From the NCBI GenBank assembly GCA_002408465.1, contig DHSM01000008.1:3187-67186 (forward strand): a DNA stretch of 64,000 bases. The letters run 5' to 3'. The translations under genes were made by a program, and so were the position numbers. Under the pieces are notes generated by a model that saw only the letters and a program-made list of their open reading frames with translations, had not been told where the DNA came from and made no database searches. Position 1 is the stretch's first letter. Each line of letters begins with the position of its first letter. Shown one piece after another: positions 18,872 to 28,321 of the stretch. This stretch comes from Firmicutes bacterium UBA5286. Its GTDB lineage: Bacteria > Bacillota > Proteinivoracia > UBA4975.

Positions 18872-20008
18872 ATGAAAAACATAATAATTGCCTTGGTAAT
18901 TTTGCTCTTGTTTCCAATGGCGGCTTTTGCCCAGGCTGACCCCGTCAGGGAGCCGGAATCTATCAGCGCAGCCTCTGCAATTCTGATCGAGACTGGTTCC
19001 GGGCGGGTGCTGTATGAGCACAATGCCCATCAGGAACGGCCCATTGCCAGCACCACAAAGATAATGACGGCACTGGTGGCCACAGAACTGAGCAGACCTG
19101 AAGAAGTCCTCAGTGTGCAAGCTGACTGTGTCAAGATAGAGGGCACTTCTCTGTATTTAGATGAGAATGAACAGCTGACCATGCTTGACATGCTCTATGG
19201 ACTGATATTGCGGTCTGGCAATGACGCAGCCGCCGCCATCGCTAAATATGTAGGCGGGGATATCAGCCATTTTGTCAGCCTCATGAATCAGCGGGCTTGG
19301 CAACTGGGGATGTATAATACCAGCTTTGGCAACCCCCATGGCCTTGATAATAGCCAGCACTACAGCACTGCTCATGATATGGCCTTGCTGGGGGCAGCGT
19401 TTTTAAAAATTCCCCTGCTCCGGCAGATATGTATTGCTGAAGAATATATTTCCCGGGAACTGACCAGCGGCCGAGTAAGACTGTTTATCAACAATAACAA
19501 GCTTTTGGCCCGAGATCCCAGGGCCTGCGGCATCAAAATCGGCTGGACGGAAAAGGCCGGCCGCTGTCTGGTGGCGGCGGCCAGGGCGGGGGAAATGGAG
19601 CTGGTGGCAGTGGTTTTGGCTGCGCCGGATCTGTACACCGACGTAAGCAAGCTCTTTGATTATGGCTTTAGCAGCTTGAGCATTCAGGAGCTGGTCCCCC
19701 AGGGCAAAGTAATGGCAGTATTGCCCGTTGACCAGGGAGAGGCCCAGCGGGTAGCTGTGGCATCCGCCGGGCCCGTCCGCTACCCGGTTTTTCCCGGGGA
19801 GACCCTGTCCTTTACCACCCAGGTGCAGGTGCCGGCAAAGTTGAGTGCGCCAGTGCGAAGCGGTCAGCCGGTAGGCACGGCCCTGGTCAGGGTGGATGGC
19901 GGCTGGACAGCAGAGATTGAGTTGGTAGCTGTTTCCGCTGTTGAGAAAAAAGCTGGAATAGCAACCCGTCTATTCGAGCTGGTGAGGGGATGGTGGCATG
20001 ATCAATAA
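18872..20008 (+). CDS. dacB: D-alanyl-D-alanine carboxypeptidase (DacB-like, sporulation-type) heading dacB-spmA-spmB operon
   Basis: Signal peptide; STTKIMT (SxxK), SGND (SxN), KIGWT (KTG); followed by spmA/spmB. Confidence 0.85.
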   Translation: MKNIIIALVILLLFPMAAFAQADPVREPESISAASAILIETGSGRVLYEHNAHQERPIASTTKIMTALVATELSRPEEVLSVQADCVKIEGTSLYLDENEQLTMLDMLYGLILRSGNDAAAAIAKYVGGDISHFVSLMNQRAWQLGMYNTSFGNPHGLDNSQHYSTAHDMALLGAAFLKIPLLRQICIAEEYISRELTSGRVRLFINNNKLLARDPRACGIKIGWTEKAGRCLVAAARAGEMELVAVVLAAPDLYTDVSKLFDYGFSSLSIQELVPQGKVMAVLPVDQGEAQRVAVASAGPVRYPVFPGETLSFTTQVQVPAKLSAPVRSGQPVGTALVRVDGGWTAEIELVAVSAVEKKAGIATRLFELVRGWWHDQ

Positions 20009-20594
20009 ATTTTGGCTTTTTTTTATCATATTCGGCATGATCGTAGCGGCCGCTACCGGCAATATGGGCAAGCTTACTCAAGTAATCCTCGACAGCGCCC
20101 AGCGGGGGGTGAGCATATCCCTGGGCCTGGTGGCAATACTGACGTTTTGGCTGGGCATGATGAAAATTATCGAAAGGTCGGGGCTCACGAGTATTCTGGT
20201 CAGGGCACTGCGGCCGGTGGCAAAATTTCTTTTTCCCTCTGTGCCCCTGGACCATCCGGCAATGAGTTCAATTCTTATGACTATGAGCGCCGACATGCTG
20301 GGCATGGGCAGCGCTGCCACCCCTATTGGCCTTCAGGCTATGAAGCAATTGCAGGAGCTTAATCCCGACAAGGAAACGGCCTCGCCGGCTATGTGCACAT
20401 TTTTGGCCATGAACACATCCAGCATTACCTTTATTCCCACCACAATCATTGCCCTGCGGGCCGCTTCAGGTTCCCTGAATCCAACGATGATCATCCCCAC
20501 GGCTTTGGTGGCTACCTGCGCCTCCTTTTTCGCCGCCATCAGTCTTGACCGCTTCTTCCGCTATCTCCAGACCAGGCGGGGCAATAATGACTGA
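19998..20594 (+). CDS. spmA: Spore maturation protein A (nucleoside-recognition domain membrane protein)
   Basis: Membrane protein of SpmA family, overlaps dacB stop. Confidence 0.8.
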   Translation: MINKFWLFFIIFGMIVAAATGNMGKLTQVILDSAQRGVSISLGLVAILTFWLGMMKIIERSGLTSILVRALRPVAKFLFPSVPLDHPAMSSILMTMSADMLGMGSAATPIGLQAMKQLQELNPDKETASPAMCTFLAMNTSSITFIPTTIIALRAASGSLNPTMIIPTALVATCASFFAAISLDRFFRYLQTRRGNND

Positions 20595-21120
20595 GATCAT
20601 GAACGCAGTGTCAGCTTGGGCAATTCCTGTCCTGGTGGTTGTGGTAGTGGCCTATGCTGCCTGGAAGCGGATTCCAGTCTTTGAGACCTTTGTTGAGGGG
20701 GGCAAGGAGGGATTTGCCATCGCTATTAACCTCATCCCATACATGGTCGCCATGCTGGTTGGCTTAGGGATTTTTCGGGAATCCGGGGCCTTTGACCTCT
20801 TCGTCCAGCTGCTGAAACCCATTACCAGCCTGGCGGGAATTCCCGGGGAAGTCCTGCCCCTGGCAATCATGCGTCCCATTTCCGGCAACGGGGCTTTAGC
20901 CATTGTGGCTGAAACCATGCAGCGCTATGGACCCGACTCCCTGATTAGTCTAATCGCCTGCACCATGCAGGGCAGCACCGACACCACATTTTATATTCTG
21001 ACGGTGTACTTCGGTTCTGTGGGCGTCCGCAATGCCCGCTATTCCCTAAAGGTAGGCCTGCTGGCGGATATTACCGGGTTTATTGTATCGGTGCTGATTT
21101 GCAACCTGATATTTGGGTAG
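20587..21120 (+). CDS. spmB: Spore maturation protein B
   Basis: ATGA overlap with spmA; SpmB-family membrane protein. Confidence 0.8.
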   Translation: MTEIMNAVSAWAIPVLVVVVVAYAAWKRIPVFETFVEGGKEGFAIAINLIPYMVAMLVGLGIFRESGAFDLFVQLLKPITSLAGIPGEVLPLAIMRPISGNGALAIVAETMQRYGPDSLISLIACTMQGSTDTTFYILTVYFGSVGVRNARYSLKVGLLADITGFIVSVLICNLIFG

Positions 21121-21133
21121 ACCGCCAGGAAGT

Positions 21134-21165
21134 TTGCTAAAGCTTGGAAATTTGGTATAATCGAA
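21134..21165 (+). promoter_or_regulatory. Candidate sigma-A promoter TTGCTA-N16-tgGTATAAT
   Basis: Good -35/-10 with extended -10 TG; ~270 nt upstream of CDF transporter gene. Confidence 0.45.
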
Positions 21166-21435
21166 TGACAATATGTATTGACTCTGCCCTGCTTCTCTTG
21201 GTCTGACCAGGAGCCAGCTGGGATTTTGGCGCATATGTTATTATTGGACCACTTAAGCACAATCAAAGATTAAATCTGAGCAGGCGATGAACCCCTTTGG
21301 TTCATGGGGCCGGGCCGCATTGGCTGCGGCAGCAGATGTCCGAATGGCACATCTGTGGGACAGTAAATGTTTCCATAGGTGTGCTTTTTCATATCTTCCA
21401 GGGGGTTAATCCACAACAACCGTTAGGAGGCAGAT
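21166..21435 (+). promoter_or_regulatory. Long structured 5' leader upstream of cation-diffusion-facilitator gene (candidate metal-sensing riboswitch/attenuator)
   Basis: Several strong local hairpins (gatgaacc..ggttcat; cagatgt..acatctg); no ORF; function inferred only. Confidence 0.25.
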
Positions 21436-22314
21436 ATGGAGAAGCGTAATAATCTGCAGATAGCCCTAAGGGTTTCTGCTGTCAGCATTGTCTGGAATGT
21501 AATTTTGTCAGTCTTTAAACTTTTCGCCGGGATAATGGCAAAATCCAATGCAATGGTTTCTGACTCTTTTCACAGCATATCTGATGTCCTCAGCACCATT
21601 GTGGTTATTATCGGCGTCAAAATCGCCAGCAAGAAATCCGATAATCAGCATCAGTACGGACATGAACGCATGGAATGTGTGGCGGCAATTCTGCTGGCGG
21701 GCATTTTGTGCGCCATAGGCATCGGGATTGGTTACGCAGGCATTGTCAAGATAATCAGGAGTCCGGCCGACACCCAAAATATTCCCGGTTCTTTGGCCTT
21801 AATCGCCGCGGTTGTTTCAATTGTCGTCAAAGAGGGGATGTTTTGGTACACCTGCCGTGGGGCAAAGAAAATTAGTTCCGGGGCTCTCATGGCAGATGCG
21901 TGGCATCACCGTTCTGACGCATTATCCTCGGTAGGAAGTTTTGCCGGCATCCTGGGGGCCCGCCTTGGATTCCCCATTTTGGACCCTGTTGCCAGCGTGG
22001 TCATTTGTATTTTTATCGTCAAAGCCTCTTTAAATATTTTTATCGATTCCATTGGCAAGATGGTTGATAAAGCCTGTGATGAACCAGTGGTGGCAGAAAT
22101 TAATACGGTCATTGCGGCTGAAGAGGATGTGCTGGCAATCGACAAACTGAAGACAAGGCTGTTCGGCGACAAAATCTATGTAGATGTGGAAATCAGCGTC
22201 AATGGCAGCGCCACCCTTGCCGAAGCACACGCCATTGCCCACCGAGTACATGACGCAATCGAAGGACATTTTCCTAAAGTCAAGCATTGCATGGTCCATG
22301 TCAACCCCTTGTAG
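21436..22314 (+). CDS. Cation diffusion facilitator family transporter (CzcD-like)
   Basis: Six TM helices with HSISD/H..D metal-binding motifs; C-terminal cytoplasmic domain. Confidence 0.8.
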   Translation: MEKRNNLQIALRVSAVSIVWNVILSVFKLFAGIMAKSNAMVSDSFHSISDVLSTIVVIIGVKIASKKSDNQHQYGHERMECVAAILLAGILCAIGIGIGYAGIVKIIRSPADTQNIPGSLALIAAVVSIVVKEGMFWYTCRGAKKISSGALMADAWHHRSDALSSVGSFAGILGARLGFPILDPVASVVICIFIVKASLNIFIDSIGKMVDKACDEPVVAEINTVIAAEEDVLAIDKLKTRLFGDKIYVDVEISVNGSATLAEAHAIAHRVHDAIEGHFPKVKHCMVHVNPL

Positions 22315-22371
22315 AGATTATCTGAAGAGGAGAACGGATTTTCCGTGGGCAGCCCCCTGGAGATTTAATTC

Positions 22372-22402
22372 AGTCAGCCTTGGTTTTCTAAGGCTGTTTT
22401 TA
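22372..22402 (+). terminator. Rho-independent terminator after CDF gene (cagcctt ggttttct aaggctg ttttt)
   Basis: Hairpin plus T-run seen in sequence. Confidence 0.55.
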
Positions 22403-22493
22403 TGCCGGCAAGGTTTTTGTCTAAGGGGCAGGGTTTTGATATAATTAACCAAGATGTTTTTGTCTTAAGAGGCATTGAAAGGGAGGGAAAGGC

Positions 22494-23309
22494 ATGGTGA
22501 GGATTGTCACTGATTCGGCAGCGGATTTGCCCCGGGAATTGGCAGAACAGCTGGGTATAATCATTGTGCCCATCCGGGTCATTCTTGGAGCGGCCAGCTT
22601 CAGAGATGGCATCGATCTGCCACCTGGAGATTTTTCCGCCAAGCTTGGCGCCGGCAATATGCCCGCTACCTCTCAGCCCTCTCCCTGGGATTTCAAAAAA
22701 GTTTTTTTAAATCTAACCAACCAAGGAGAAGAGGTGCTTTGTCTATCTTTGTCAGCCGGTTTGAGCGGCACTTGCCACAGCGCTTCAATCGCCGCCAGCC
22801 AAACTGGCGGAAAAATCCGGATTGTTGATTCGCAGCTGGTGTCTGCCGGCCAGGGTTTGCTTGTCACACGGGCAGCAGCCCTGGCTGCAGAAGGTTATGA
22901 TCTAGACCAGCTTGCCCACTGGGTCAATGAAGAAAAAAAGCGCATCCAAGTTTATGCGGCCTTGGACAACGTTGAACCCATTGTCCGGGGAGGCAGGACC
23001 AGCCTTTTTGCCCGCCACGCCGCTGGCAGAGCTGGAATCAAGCTGATTTTTACCTTTAATCAGCAGGGGGGAATCCAGATTCTTGAGCGAGTTAGGGGGC
23101 GCAAGCCCTCCTTGGATCGGCTGACAGAACTGCTGGTAGAAAAAGCCTGCACGCAAGTTGCCCTGGTCCACGTTGATTGCAGCAGCGAAGCGGGTATGGT
23201 CGCCCGCAGCATTGCCGAGCGATGCCGGGCAAAGATTACCTATGTCCAGGAGGCAGGCGCTACAGTGCGTACTTATGCAGGCCGGGGCGCAGTAATTGCC
23301 GCCGGTTAA
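22494..23309 (+). CDS. DegV family fatty-acid-binding protein
   Basis: MVRIVTDSAADLP N-terminus characteristic of DegV. Confidence 0.75.
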   Translation: MVRIVTDSAADLPRELAEQLGIIIVPIRVILGAASFRDGIDLPPGDFSAKLGAGNMPATSQPSPWDFKKVFLNLTNQGEEVLCLSLSAGLSGTCHSASIAASQTGGKIRIVDSQLVSAGQGLLVTRAAALAAEGYDLDQLAHWVNEEKKRIQVYAALDNVEPIVRGGRTSLFARHAAGRAGIKLIFTFNQQGGIQILERVRGRKPSLDRLTELLVEKACTQVALVHVDCSSEAGMVARSIAERCRAKITYVQEAGATVRTYAGRGAVIAAG

Positions 23310-23359
23310 ACTCACAGTCAGCTGTGGGTTTGTCATTGCCAGTGAAAGGGAGTGAAAAA

Positions 23360-24094
23360 ATGGAACGTCTGCAGAAAGTCCTGGCCGCCGCAGGGGTGGC
23401 CTCCCGGCGAAAGTGCGAGGAAATAATCGCCGCCGGCCGGGTCAGCGTCAACGGCCAAATTGTTACCGCCCAGGGTTTCAAGGTTGGTCCGGTTGATCAG
23501 GTATCCCTGGACGGCAAACCAGTGGAGAAGGCTGAAACCCATGTGTACTATCTTTTAAACAAGCCCGCAGGGTTGATCACAACAGTTACAGATACCCACG
23601 GCCGCCCAACCGTTATGGATTTGGTGCCTAAGCAGCCCCGGGTCTACCCTGTGGGCAGGCTGGATTTGGATACCGAGGGTCTGTTGCTGCTGACCAATGA
23701 CGGCGAGTTGACCAATTCCCTGCTGCACCCCTCCCGGGAAGTGGAAAAGGTTTACCGGGCAGTGGCCGCAGGCCAGGTGACCGATGCAGATTTGGCCCGG
23801 TTAGCTGCCGGCGTTGAGCTGGAGGACGGCTTGACTGCCCCGGCGGCGGTCAAGCTGACAGAGAGAACCCCCCGGCGGACGGTGCTGGAAATAACAATTC
23901 ACGAGGGGCGAAAGCGCCAGGTCAAGCGCATGTTTCTGGCTGTAGGGCACAAGGTTTCGCATCTTGAACGTATTCGCTTCGCCTTCCTGACCTTGTCGGG
24001 GCTGGAACGGGGGAAATACAGAAATTTAACCAGCCAGGAGATTCAGGGGTTAAAAAATCTTCCCAAAAAAAGAGGACTTCCCAGAGATAAATAG
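23360..24094 (+). CDS. rluB: Pseudouridine synthase (RluB/RsuA family, S4 domain + catalytic domain)
   Basis: S4 domain (LQKVLAAAGVASRRKCEEII), catalytic GRLDLDTEGLLLLTNDGEL motif. Confidence 0.85.
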   Translation: MERLQKVLAAAGVASRRKCEEIIAAGRVSVNGQIVTAQGFKVGPVDQVSLDGKPVEKAETHVYYLLNKPAGLITTVTDTHGRPTVMDLVPKQPRVYPVGRLDLDTEGLLLLTNDGELTNSLLHPSREVEKVYRAVAAGQVTDADLARLAAGVELEDGLTAPAAVKLTERTPRRTVLEITIHEGRKRQVKRMFLAVGHKVSHLERIRFAFLTLSGLERGKYRNLTSQEIQGLKNLPKKRGLPRDK

Positions 24095-24126
24095 TATAAT
24101 ATAGTTGTGGATTTTTCTTAAATAGT

Positions 24127-24786
24127 ATGTCACAATTGGTGGTGAGTGCCATTCGTTTGACCAAACGGCAAGAAGAGATAATCAAGCTGGTCAAAGAAAA
24201 GGGCCCGATTACCAGTGAGGAAATCGGGGCGAATTTTAACCTGTCGAGGGCAACTTTGCGGCCGGATTTGGCAATCCTGACTATGTCCGGTTTGCTGGAT
24301 GCCCGTCCCCGGGTAGGCTATTTCTATCCCGGGCGCAGGCCCGACAGTTTGCTTGCCCAGCAGTTGGAGACAATAGAGGTGAAGAGCGTCAAGGCTTTGC
24401 CCGTTGTCATTCAGCAGGGGCAGTCGGCCTATGATGCTGTGGTGACTCTGTTTCTGGAGGACCTCAGCACCCTCTTCGTCGTAGACGAAGGCGGGAATTT
24501 GGCGGGCGTGCTGACCTGCAAGGACCTGTTAAAGGCCGCCATAGGCAAGGCTGATCTGCAGGCTATGCCTGTAGACATGGTTATGACCCGTTTTCCCCAG
24601 GTAATGTGGATTGAAGAATCCGCTTCGGTTGCCCAGGCTCTGGATAAGCTCAAGCAAAGCCAGGTTGCCTGTCTGCCGGTATTAAAAGGGGGGCGGCTGC
24701 CTACAGGGCGCTTTGACTTGCATGTGGTGATGAATTTAATGGAAGAGATGGCTCAGAGACATCTTGAGGAGGGTAGGGGTCTGTGA
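24127..24786 (+). CDS. ccpN: CcpN-like transcriptional repressor (HTH + tandem CBS)
   Basis: LSRATLRPDLAILTMSGLLDARPRVGYFY matches CcpN; followed by PDRP gene as in Bacillus ccpN-yqfL. Confidence 0.75.
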   Translation: MSQLVVSAIRLTKRQEEIIKLVKEKGPITSEEIGANFNLSRATLRPDLAILTMSGLLDARPRVGYFYPGRRPDSLLAQQLETIEVKSVKALPVVIQQGQSAYDAVVTLFLEDLSTLFVVDEGGNLAGVLTCKDLLKAAIGKADLQAMPVDMVMTRFPQVMWIEESASVAQALDKLKQSQVACLPVLKGGRLPTGRFDLHVVMNLMEEMAQRHLEEGRGL

Positions 24787-25613
24787 CAGAAGATAAGGGT
24801 AAGCCAACAGTATATATTTTGTCAGACTCAGTGGGAGAGACTGCCGAGCTGGTGGCCAAGGCCGCAGCTAGTCAGTACAATGGCGGCAAAGTAGAAGTGC
24901 GGCGCATTCCCTATGTTAATGACGAGGAAACAATTCGGGAAACGGTGGCAGAGGCCCGGGAAAACGGGGGCATCATCGTCTATACCATAATTACGCCTTT
25001 TTTGCGGGAGCTGGTGCGTCACTTGGCTCAGCGGTCTGGGGTTCCCCAAGCGGATATTATGGGCCCGGTAATGGATGCCTTTGCCCAAATCATGCCGGGA
25101 GATCCGAAAATGGAGCCCGGTCTTGTGCGCAAGCTGGACTCCCAGTATTTCCGCCGGGTGGAAGCAATAGAATTCGCTGTCAAATACGATGACGGCAAGG
25201 ATTCCCGGGGCTTGCGACTAGCTGACCTGGTCTTGGTGGGGGTATCCCGGACTTCAAAAACGCCTCTCAGCATGTACCTGGCCAATAAACAGATTAAGGT
25301 GGCTAATGTGCCCCTGGTCCCTGAGGTGCAACCTCCCGAAGAGCTGTTTGAGATTGGCAGGGAAAAGGTGGTAGGACTGACGATTTCACCGGACCAGCTG
25401 TTTGTAATTCGCAAGGAGCGCCTGCTGGCCCTTGGCCTGCGCCATCAGTCCAGTTATGCCAGTCTGGACCGAATCCTCAAAGAACTGGAATTCTCTGGGG
25501 GCATTATGAAGAAACTGGGCTGTCCAGTCTTTGATGTCACTAATAAAGCAGTAGAGGAAACCGCTGGCAGATTACTAGAACTGATAAGGAGGAGAAGTGG
25601 AAATGAGGAATGA
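24783..25613 (+). CDS. Pyruvate, phosphate dikinase regulatory protein (PDRP; YqfL/DUF299 bifunctional kinase-pyrophosphorylase)
   Basis: VYILSDSVGETAE N-terminus and P-loop GVSRTSKTP. Confidence 0.8.
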   Translation: MTEDKGKPTVYILSDSVGETAELVAKAAASQYNGGKVEVRRIPYVNDEETIRETVAEARENGGIIVYTIITPFLRELVRHLAQRSGVPQADIMGPVMDAFAQIMPGDPKMEPGLVRKLDSQYFRRVEAIEFAVKYDDGKDSRGLRLADLVLVGVSRTSKTPLSMYLANKQIKVANVPLVPEVQPPEELFEIGREKVVGLTISPDQLFVIRKERLLALGLRHQSSYASLDRILKELEFSGGIMKKLGCPVFDVTNKAVEETAGRLLELIRRRSGNEE

Positions 25614-28242
25614 TTTAGTATCACCATTTAGCGCCGGAAGTGCTGAGGACAAAGAACTTTTAGGGGGCAAGGGGGCAAACCTTGCTGAAATGACCCGCCT
25701 TGGTCTTCCGGTTCCTTCTGGGTTTACCATCAATACCCGAGCCTGCAAGCAGTATTACCAGGAGGGGAGACAGCTGTGGCCTGAACTCCTTGCGCAAACT
25801 GAGCAAGCAGTGGCGGCCCTGGAGCAGAGGACAGGCAAGCAATTTGGCAGCAGCGACAACCCTCTTCTAGTTTCCGTGCGTTCGGGGGCTCCCGTTTCAA
25901 TGCCCGGGATGATGGACACCATCCTCAATCTTGGCCTCAACGACACCACTGTTGAAGCCCTTGCTAAGGTTACGGGCAACCGCAGGTTTGCCCTTGACTG
26001 TTACCGCCGCTTTATCCAGATGTTTGGCGATGTGGTCCTGGGAATTCCCCATCATGACTTTGAGGCTTCTCTCAGCAAGCTGAAAGAACGGGCTGGTGTC
26101 AAGCTGGACACCGAATTGGATGCTCAGCAGTTGGCAGGTCTGGTGGAAACATATAAAGAAATCATAAATAAAGAAATTAAAGAACCCTTCCCTCAACAGC
26201 CCCTTGAACAGTTGAAAATGGCTGTGCAGGCGGTTTTTGACTCCTGGAACAACAACCGGGCCATTGTCTACCGGCGGATTAATAAGATTCCTGAGCATTA
26301 TGGGACTGCAGTCAACGTTCAGGAAATGGTGTTTGGCAACAGCGGCGATGATTCGGCCACGGGTGTCCTCTTTACCCGCAACCCCTCTACGGGAGAAAAG
26401 AAACTGTACGGCGAGTTTCTGGTCAATGCCCAGGGTGAAGACGTGGTGGCCGGCATTCGCACCCCCCGCCCAATTGCTGAGCTAGCACGGCTGATGCCAG
26501 TCGCCTCGAAAAAGCTCAACGGCATCTGCCAGCAGCTGGAACGCCATTACAAGGATATGCAGGACATTGAGTTTACCATTGAAAAGGGCACTCTCTTTAT
26601 GCTCCAGACCAGGACCGGCAAGCGCACTGCCCGAGCTTCTGTCCAGATAGCCGTGGATATGGTTGCCGAAGGGCTGATCGACAAAAAGCTTGCTTTGCTG
26701 AGAATTGACGCCGGCCAATTGGGGGCCCTCCTTCACCGTCAGGTTTCCCCCGATGCCAAAATGGAGGTCGTTGCCACGGGGCTGCCGGCATCGCCGGGGG
26801 CGGGCTGCGGCGTTATCGTCTTTGATTCTGATGAAGCGGAAGCCAGGGGCAGGGAAGGGGAACAGGTTATTTTGGTCCGTTCCGAAACTACTCCTGATGA
26901 TATACATGGCATAGTTGAGGCTGTGGGCATTCTTACTTCCCGGGGCGGCATGACCAGTCACGCTGCCGTAGTTGCCCGGGGCATGGGCAAACCCTGTGTC
27001 TGCGGGTGCGAAGCTATAAAAATAGACCTCAAGGCAGAAACCGCTCAGGTTGGCGGCATTACCCTGCATAAGGGAGACAAGATTTCAATTGACGGCGGCA
27101 CTGGGCGGGTAATCCTGGGCCAGGTGCCCCTGGTAGAACCGGAGCTGAGCCATGAGTTTAGTGTCATTCTGCAGTGGGCCGACGAAGTCAGGACTTTAGG
27201 AATCAGGGCCAATGCCGATACTCCTCAGGATGCTCTTAGGGCTAGAGAGTTTGGCGCCGAAGGCATCGGCCTCTGCCGCACCGAGCATATGTTTATGGCT
27301 GTCGACCGTCTGCCCATTGTCCAGTCAATGATCCTGGCCGAAACCAGTGAAGGCCGCCAAGCTGCCCTGGCTCAGCTGCTGCCCATTCAGCAGCAGGACT
27401 TTTATGGCATTTTCAAGGCCATGGCAGGCCTGCCGGTCACTGTCCGCCTGTTAGATCCGCCTCTCCATGAATTCCTGCCCTCAGCGGAAAAGCTGGCGGT
27501 GGAAGTGGCTTTGCTGGAGGCTGGCAAGGGTGATGTCAGCAAGCTCAGCGAAACCCGCACCCTGCTGCGGCAAGTGCGCAACCTGCAGGAAGCAAATCCC
27601 ATGCTGGGCAACAGGGGCTGCCGCTTAGGACTGATTTATCCTGAAATTTACCAGATGCAGGTGGAGGCAATTCTCAACGCCGCCGCTCAGCTCCTGAGCG
27701 AGGGCGTCGACGTCAAAGCCGAGATCATGATTCCCTTGGTCTCTCACCGCAACGAACTGGAACGTATGCGGGAGCTGGTGGCCACAACTCGGGACCGGGT
27801 GGCCGAGGAGACAGGAAAGCAGCTTGACATCCTCATCGGCACCATGATTGAGCTGCCCCGAGCCTGTGTCACTGCCGATGAAATTGCCGAACATGCAGAC
27901 TTCTTCTCCTTTGGCACCAATGACCTGACCCAGACCGCATTTGGCTTTAGCCGGGACGATGCCGAGGCAAAATTCCTGCCGGCATACCTGGAGGAAAAAC
28001 TTCTTCCTGACAATCCCTTCGCTGTTCTTGACCGCCAGGGAGTTGGCAAACTGATGGAAATTGCCGTGGGCCTGGGCCGGGGCAAAAAGAAAAGCCTGAA
28101 GATCGGCATTTGCGGTGAACACGGCGGCGAACCCAGTTCCATTGCCTTCTGCCACAGCTTGAATATGAACTATGTCAGCTGTTCACCTTACCGGGTTCCC
28201 GTAGCTCGCCTGGCAGCAGCTCAGGCAGCATTAAAGAAATAA
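25597..28242 (+). CDS. ppdK: Pyruvate, phosphate dikinase
   Basis: 881 aa; LGGKGANLAEM, catalytic His region GGMTSHAAVVARG, C-terminal CGEHGGDP PEP-utilising domain. Confidence 0.9.
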   Translation: MEMRNDLVSPFSAGSAEDKELLGGKGANLAEMTRLGLPVPSGFTINTRACKQYYQEGRQLWPELLAQTEQAVAALEQRTGKQFGSSDNPLLVSVRSGAPVSMPGMMDTILNLGLNDTTVEALAKVTGNRRFALDCYRRFIQMFGDVVLGIPHHDFEASLSKLKERAGVKLDTELDAQQLAGLVETYKEIINKEIKEPFPQQPLEQLKMAVQAVFDSWNNNRAIVYRRINKIPEHYGTAVNVQEMVFGNSGDDSATGVLFTRNPSTGEKKLYGEFLVNAQGEDVVAGIRTPRPIAELARLMPVASKKLNGICQQLERHYKDMQDIEFTIEKGTLFMLQTRTGKRTARASVQIAVDMVAEGLIDKKLALLRIDAGQLGALLHRQVSPDAKMEVVATGLPASPGAGCGVIVFDSDEAEARGREGEQVILVRSETTPDDIHGIVEAVGILTSRGGMTSHAAVVARGMGKPCVCGCEAIKIDLKAETAQVGGITLHKGDKISIDGGTGRVILGQVPLVEPELSHEFSVILQWADEVRTLGIRANADTPQDALRAREFGAEGIGLCRTEHMFMAVDRLPIVQSMILAETSEGRQAALAQLLPIQQQDFYGIFKAMAGLPVTVRLLDPPLHEFLPSAEKLAVEVALLEAGKGDVSKLSETRTLLRQVRNLQEANPMLGNRGCRLGLIYPEIYQMQVEAILNAAAQLLSEGVDVKAEIMIPLVSHRNELERMRELVATTRDRVAEETGKQLDILIGTMIELPRACVTADEIAEHADFFSFGTNDLTQTAFGFSRDDAEAKFLPAYLEEKLLPDNPFAVLDRQGVGKLMEIAVGLGRGKKKSLKIGICGEHGGEPSSIAFCHSLNMNYVSCSPYRVPVARLAAAQAALKK

Positions 28243-28250
28243 ACAATAAA

Positions 28251-28284
28251 AGAGGGTGTCTCACGGGGAGACACCCTCTTTTGG
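28251..28284. terminator. Bidirectional rho-independent terminator between convergent ppdK and DD-carboxypeptidase
   Basis: agagggtgtctc acgg ggagacaccctct tttgg. Confidence 0.7.
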
Positions 28285-28321
28285 AACCAGGGGGATTCTT
28301 TTTATCCCAAACCGGCTAATG

